In this document: positions 57,023 to 64,000 of the stretch, one piece after another
How positions within the stretch are numbered: position 1 is the first letter of the stretch
Layout of the letters: each line of letters opens with the position of its first letter
Assembly (NCBI RefSeq): GCF_009914755.1
Contig: NC_060942.1
Strand: one strand, 5' to 3'
Length of the DNA: 64,000 bases
Origin: the human T2T-CHM13v2.0 reference genome, Homo sapiens
Made by a program: the position numbers and the translations under genes
Notes under the pieces: model-generated
The model's database searches: none
What the model was told of the DNA's origin: nothing
Seen by the model: only the letters and a program-made list of their open reading frames with translations

Positions 57023-57744
57023 TACAAGTTCCAGAAGAGGCATACTTCAAAAATTAAAGGAGAATATATATGTGTGTTTAAGTATTTGAGGCTTATGTCT
57101 TCTAGAACTTGTATAATCTTAATATATATGAAATACATACATATATCAAATAATATATTTTAGCAAAAAAGAGGGTATATTTTGTTGAGCCCCATTGAAT
57201 AATGTATGGTAAGTAGCCAAATAATGTATAGTAGTTAGCCAAGCAATTAAATACCATTTATAATAAATATGCTAAAAAGTGGTTCTTACTCATAAAAGAG
57301 TAAATTTTTATACCAAACTCAGAAAACCATTTTATTTTTTCATAAGAACTGAGAGGTTAACACTGTTAAAGGTAGTTAAATTGGTGACAATAATAAAGAT
57401 GCGATGTGATTTGTGGTGAGAATGAACTAAACCATGATCTGCATTGGACACTTTAAAATATTCAGGCAATTTGAAGGAAAATATATAAAATAAAAAGAGG
57501 AACATTTTATCTGTAAGAGTGATCTAGAAGTTAATCAATATTAATACTACAAATTAAATATTAAAATTTGAGAGAATGACATATTAAATAAGGAGAAAAA
57601 ATGTGCATCATCTTAACCATAAAATATCTGATGGCTCTGGCTGTCAATGGAGTTGACATCTTCCATTCCTAGCACCCTCATATCACGCTCATCCAATTTA
57701 TCTTCTTACAATCAATCAGTGAAGCTAAAAGGATATCAGAAAAC

Positions 57745-57962
57745 TAATGTTTTGTGAATGGTAATTATGGAAGACACTTTACTTAAATTATCACAATTAA
57801 TCTTTACAGTACTCTGTGAATTAGATATTAACTCAATTTATATATGCAAACAAGCTCAGAAAGGTTAAGTAACTTGTAATAAAATAATATAATCAGTGAA
57901 AAACAGGGCCTAGAATAGCATCTGTTTGTAAAGATGAGCTCTGTCCACTCTACTACACTGCC
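57745..57962 (-). mobile_element. MIR
   Basis: GCTCAGAAAGGTTAAGTAACTTG core. Confidence 0.65.
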
Positions 57963-59594
57963 TCAGGCAAATAATTCTTATCAGATTCAATTAACCCAAT
58001 ATTTTTATCTTAACTGATATCATAATGTGCAGATAGAAGCAGTTATCAAGAATATTGATTTTATCTCTGCAAAGAAAATGAGCCAGCTTTTTTCTTCCAC
58101 AAATAAATGAAAAGAAATATTGTAACAGAGACATGTAGGTCATTTTTTGAGAGAGAGAAATGTAGCAACATGTTTTATTTATTTTATTAAAGCACACAAT
58201 TAAAAAAATCAAAAGCTCTAGAATGAACAGCATGGCTGTCTGTTCTATCCTTCAGCACCCTCAGGTCTGTCTGCAGAGGCTGCTGGGTATGATGGTTTTG
58301 ATGTTTGGTGTTTCTGGGTAATGACTTCCATGATTTTAAATGTACCTTACAGCTGTACTTATGTGTCAGTTTTACAGAATGCATGTGCATGGTTGTTTTT
58401 GAAAGACGAACATTTGACTCACACAAATTACTTTCTACCTTCCTTCTCCTCCTTGCCCACAAGCTGATACAATTTTATTTTATATTCATCTATTGTTTGT
58501 GTTTGCATTTTTAAAAATTGTATACTTAATCCTCTATGTCATTTTCTTTCAGTTTTAGTTGTAATATCTTGTCTTCCCATTGTGTAAAATAAAGATATCA
58601 TGGCTTACTATATCTCCTTAACACCTCCCATGCAATATTTCCCTCTTTACAACTTTTTTACTGTCCAGGTCACTGACTTTATTTATATTCTGTTCTATAA
58701 CCACGAAGCATTAAATAAATGATTATATATTTAATATTTTATCTCTCAAATGCCTAAGATTTTTGAAAAATATTATTATGAATATAAATTAATAAGATAA
58801 TATTTGTTGTTTTTGAGTCAAGTAATGAGTTAAGATTTCATTTTTATCACATTCTATTATTTTATTTTTATTACATATTTTTTACTAGTGACATACAAAT
58901 AAATCTGTTTATAGTATCAAGGCAACCACTTTGCACTCCAGAAATTTCTCAGAGTCATATCATGTATTATTTTGCATTCTGCAGAAGAGAAAAAGACTGG
59001 CTGACAAGGATTATAGAAACATCCTAGAGGAAGAGATCCTTTAATTACAACTTAATGAATGGAAAGAAGGAACCATTCAAGTGGCGATGAGGAGAGACAT
59101 TCTAAATGCAGGGAATCAACTGAGATAAAGCAAGAGAGGGAGAATTATGACTCATTTGAGTACAGCTTTAATCCCAAGAAGCATAGCAGGGGAGATATGG
59201 CTAGCAATGTAAGCAGGGACAGAATTCAGGCTCCTGATGAGGATATTTTACCTTGGAATAATGGCAATTGGAAAGACCAGAGGGTCAGGGAATTCTGCAT
59301 AGCCAACTCAATCAGTGACTCAGTAGGGAACCAAGGCTTATGAATAGCAAGCCATTCCAATGACTAGCTGAGAGTTTCACGTGGCAAGTCATTTTATACT
59401 AAGAATTGGATGTTCAAGGGAGAGAATATGACAGATATGTTATAACCTAGTGTTTTTTTCTGATATCCCACTTTATTGAAAGATGGTTTACAGCACATAT
59501 CCTATTTTTATAAATGGCAATCTGCTTCTTAACAATCAGCCTTTTACTTTACCTAAATTCATGATGTATTAGAAACAAACTATTCAGGGCATAA

Positions 59595-60940
59595 AATATT
59601 TAAAAATCAGTAGGATTTCTATATGCCAACAGTGAACGATCTGAAATCAAGCAAGCAATCTCATTTATAATAGCTACACCAAAATAAAATGCTTAGGAAT
59701 AAATTTAACAAAAGAAGGAAAAGATCTCTGCAATGAAAACTATAAAACACTGATGAAAGAATGAAGAGGACGCAAAAATAATGAATAGGTATTCTGCTGT
59801 CACATATTGGAAGAATTAATATTTTTAAATGTCCCTTCTACCCAAAGATCTATAGATTCAATGCAATCTCTATCAACATACCAATGACATTCTTCACAGA
59901 AATAAAATAAATAATTCTGAAATTTATATGGAGCCACAAAAGACCCAGAATAGCCAAAATAATCTTGAGGAAAAAAACAAAAGAAAACAAACAAACAAAA
60001 AAAAAACAAAGCTGGAGGCATTACAATTACCTGACTTCCAATTATACTAGAAAGCTATAGTAATCAAAACGGTATGGTACTGGGATAGAAACAGAGACAT
60101 AGACCAAGGCAACAGAATAAAGAACTCAGAAATAAATCCCTTCATTCACAGCCAACTCATTTTCAACAAAGGCACCAAGAATATACACAAGAGAAGGACG
60201 CTATCTTTAACAAATGGTGCTGGGAACCTGGATAGCCATAGCCAGCAGAATGAAACTAGATCCCTATCTCTCACTGTATACAAATATCAACTCATAATGA
60301 ATTAAAGACTTAAATGTATGACCTTAAACTATGAAACTACCAGAAGAAAATATTGGGAAAATTCTTCAAAACATTGATCTGGGCAAAGATCTCAAAAACA
60401 CAGGCAACAAAAGCAAAAATAGACAAAAGGAATTTTATCAGGCTAAAGAACTTCTGCACAGTAGAGGAAACTATAAAGCAAAGAGACAGCACACAGAATG
60501 GGAGAAAATATTTGAAAACTCTTCAACTGGCAAAGTATTAATTACCAGAATACGTAAGCAACTCAAATCAACAGCAAAAATAATAATAATAATAATTAAA
60601 AATAAGCAAAGGATTTGAATAGACATTTCTCAAAAGAAGACATATAAATGGAAACCAGGTATACGAAAAAATGCTCAGCATAGCTAATCATCAGAGGAAT
60701 GCAAATCAAAGCCACAATGAACTATAATCTCACTCCAGTTAAAATTGCTATTATTAAAATAACAAAAAAAATAACAGAGGCCAGCAAGGATAAGGAAGAA
60801 GGGAAACATTCGTAAACTGGTAGTGGGAATGTAAATTAGTAGAGCGACCACAGAAAACAGTATGGTGGTTTCTCAAAAACTAAAAATAGTACCAACATAT
60901 GATACAACAATCCCATGGCTGCCTATATATCCAAAAGAAG
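59595..60940 (+). mobile_element. L1MA ORF2 3' fragment
   Basis: GATCTATAGATTCAATGCAATC, AAAGCTGGAGGCATTAC, MKLPEENIGK. Confidence 0.9.
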
Positions 60941-63477
60941 GAATTCTTAATACATGTTTATGTTATATATGTGTTGATTTCCTTATTTGCAGGTTATATT
61001 TTGTTATTCATTTCTGAGATAACTTTTTTCTTTAATGTCTTTCTGAATTTTTTCCACTTCAATTGTATATCTTTTGCTGTTCATTCATTCCTATTTTAAA
61101 TTTATGCCTATTGGTTTGTATTTCTATATGATGGTTGCTTATTTAAATGATTAAGCTATAAATTTTCTCATCTTTGCGCGCTAGGTTTCTTCCTTGCTTT
61201 ACAGATTTTTTTCTTTAAGTATTTTCATCAGACTATGTCTCATCTTCACTCTGTTTTCTTCTCATAGCTTTGATTAAATGAAGACTTAGATTTCCTGCTC
61301 ATTATTACATACAAGGATATTCCTTTTTAAACAATGATAAATTATTTTAATAATTTTATGATGGGAAAGTTTAAGTAGCTTAATTCATTTTTTATTCAAA
61401 GTACTCTCTTCTGTTGGTATTGTGAGGCACCGCATTATTAAATCAATGACATCTACAGAGAGTCCATCTTCTTGTAACTTTTTACACAATACCTGTTTTA
61501 AAACAATCTTTCTTGCAGTCACTTTGTTTTAATACCTTTCCTTCTAAGTCTACAAGTAATGCCTTCCCTCCCCCAGGAGCTTTCATTTCTAAGACAGGCA
61601 CCTCTGGTCCTTCGCAATTTCCAAGTCCATAATCGTTAGTACTACTCTCAAACCTGTTGTTATTCCATCATCACTCATGTTGGGGCAGCCTTCTTGGACT
61701 GACCCACCCCTCCCCACCACCACTGGGTACGCTTGCGCTTCTCCATCATCTATCACTTCTGATCATCTTCAGCTTAACTTTCCCTTAATTATATCGCTGA
61801 TAATAGTTTTAGAAACACCTCTGCTGACCTCAGGAGTTTATTTCCAAATTATCAGTAAATTAGGATTTATCACATTCTTTATTTATGAATTATCCTCTTA
61901 GTATGAGTTTTGAATGATAGTATATGTTGTCTTTATTTAGCTCAATAACTTTTAGAAAATGTGTGTAGAAGATTTCATTTAGCAGTCACATTTATGCTAT
62001 AGGATATAGGAATCCCTCTCTATAACTGTCGTTATATCATTATCACCATTCGGTTTCCTAAGGGCAGCTTTTAAGCAACATTCATCTTAATTTTTTTTTT
62101 GTTATTATTTAGCTTCCTTAGGTAAGCTTTTAAATATCGCATGACATCTTATTTATATATTTAGAATTTTAACCTAGAAAATCTCTAGACTATGGTTAAG
62201 CATTTTTAATTTTAGAAAACATTTATTTCCCTACCTGATCTCAGCAAATTCTCAGAACTGTTGTTTCTTCTTTGACGTCTTTGTGCCAAAATGAGAGAAA
62301 TTACACCAGGAAGAAATTTATACACATAAAATGAAGATTAGTGGAAAGTGCTGAGAGAGAAAATGAAAAAATATAATATGTCTGCAAGAGAAATGAACAG
62401 CAATAGGATAAATGTATTGATTGATACTATGACATTTTTCTTTTATTAAAATGTATTAAAATCTCAGTAATGTAAGACACCTATAATTTTAAATATTTCT
62501 CCAAATATCTATATTGGAATATAAATTCCTTCACCTTCATTATTAATAGACGTCTGAGTCTGAAGAATGTATTCTTTACCTACCACAGTATTTTTTTAAA
62601 CCCTCTCATTTTAAATGGTGATTGAATATATTATTTTACTTAGAAGATACCTCAAAGTACAATGATAGATTATATATAATAACACCAACATATTACATGA
62701 AGACTAAGATTAATGCTTACAACAATTCTCTAAAATAAGTATCAACATTAATATTATAAAGCTGATAAAGATTGAGAGACTCACCTAATAAACCGTACTA
62801 AAGATGATAAAGCTGAGGCTTTCAGCCTGTCTTATCTAACTTCTACCATAAAATTATGAGCTCCTTCAAAGAAAACATAATTTACTTAGTATTTTTGTCC
62901 AAAAGTAAACAGAATGCCACAATAGAAGGTAATGAATAATGTACTGAATATCTTTTTACTTGTATATATCTTATTTTATAGAAGTAGCAGTATTTCAACA
63001 GTGTTACATCCTAAAGTAGATATCATGAATCATGAAAAATATGTTCAAACTTGATCAATTAAAAATTATTCAATTCATTTTATAATTCATTGGTGTTTAC
63101 TCAATGAACATTGAATGTAAGAGAGCCCATGCTTTCAAAAAACTTATAATCTTTTGAGAAGCTCATAAACTAATAAATTCAGCAGAGTATAACACATGCA
63201 GTAATAGAGAAATATAAAAGATACAGAAGACATACAATAATGAGAGTTTAGGGAATGTCTTATAAAGGAGCTTAGCTTTAGCTTTACGTAAAGCTAAATT
63301 TGAAGTGTAAATATCAGTTCTTCAAATCTGGCTAAGAAAAGAAAAGAGTTTCAGAAAGAAAAAATGATATATGGAAAAGCAGATTCCAAAAAAAAAAATG
63401 AAGTATGTTTAAATATCTACCTACAAAAGCCAGACAAAAGAGGGTATAATAAGACATTCTGCTGGTTTCTGAAAGCA

Positions 63478-63975
63478 GTAGGGAGCCTCTAAAATGACCC
63501 AAATTATCCTCCTTACTGGTATTACTACCTTTTTATCCCCTCTTCTTTATTGTGGTTAAAACTAGTAACTCTCTTCTTAAAAATAGAATATGGCAAAAAT
63601 GACGAGATGTCACTTTCTGGGACGTGGATATGAAAAGATTGTAACTTCTATCTTGCCCTTCCCCTGTCTTAGAACCTTAACTCTCAGAAAAACAAGCCAC
63701 CATTTTTTCCATAGACATAATGAGACCAAACTGGCAAGAAACTAATGTATCTGGTCAACAGCTAGTGAGAATATGAGGTCTGCCATAAAAGCAAAAAAAA
63801 AAATAAAATTTTAAGACAGCTCTAGGCTGGTGGACAACATGATAGCTTGTTATGAGACTGAGGCAGAGACAGTTAGCTTGGCCATGGCTGGATCCTTGCC
63901 ATCATGAGATGGTACATGTTTGTTGCTTTAATCTGCTAAACTTTGGTATAAATGTACCAATAAATAACGATTACA
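63478..63975 (+). mobile_element. MLT1F-like LTR
   Basis: AGCCTCTAAAATGACCC...AATAGAATATGGCAAAA...GATGTCACTT...AAATAACGATTACA. Confidence 0.7.
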
Positions 63976-64000
63976 ATTGGATAAAACAGATGATAGAGAG

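Overview
AT-rich primate (human-like) non-coding DNA, intronic or intergenic. It is dominated by interspersed repeats: Alu J/S/Y, L1PA/PB/MA/MC/ME fragments, L2, MIR, THE1/MST/MLT MaLR LTRs, an MLT2A LTR, hAT and Tigger MITEs, and a piggyBac MER85. I can support no intact protein-coding gene, tRNA, rRNA or CRISPR array. All listed ORFs are short and repeat-derived or random. The largest coherent structure is a decayed, internally deleted ERVL-class provirus on the minus strand (~29.3-34.5 kb). It has two LTRs, a PBS-like site, aspartic-protease motifs and RNase H remnants, and it splits an older MLT1 LTR. The most unusual signals are local templated copies: a four-arm nested hairpin block at 16.4-16.8 kb, a perfect 74-bp direct duplication 931 bp apart, a ~170-bp inverted duplication bracketing an L1, a 65-bp LTR segment copied into the provirus, and several small snap-back palindromes. 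There are also three twin-primed (5'-inverted) L1 insertions. Repeat subfamily names come from recalled consensus sequences, not from a database search. I see no convincing new biological system, only candidates worth checking.
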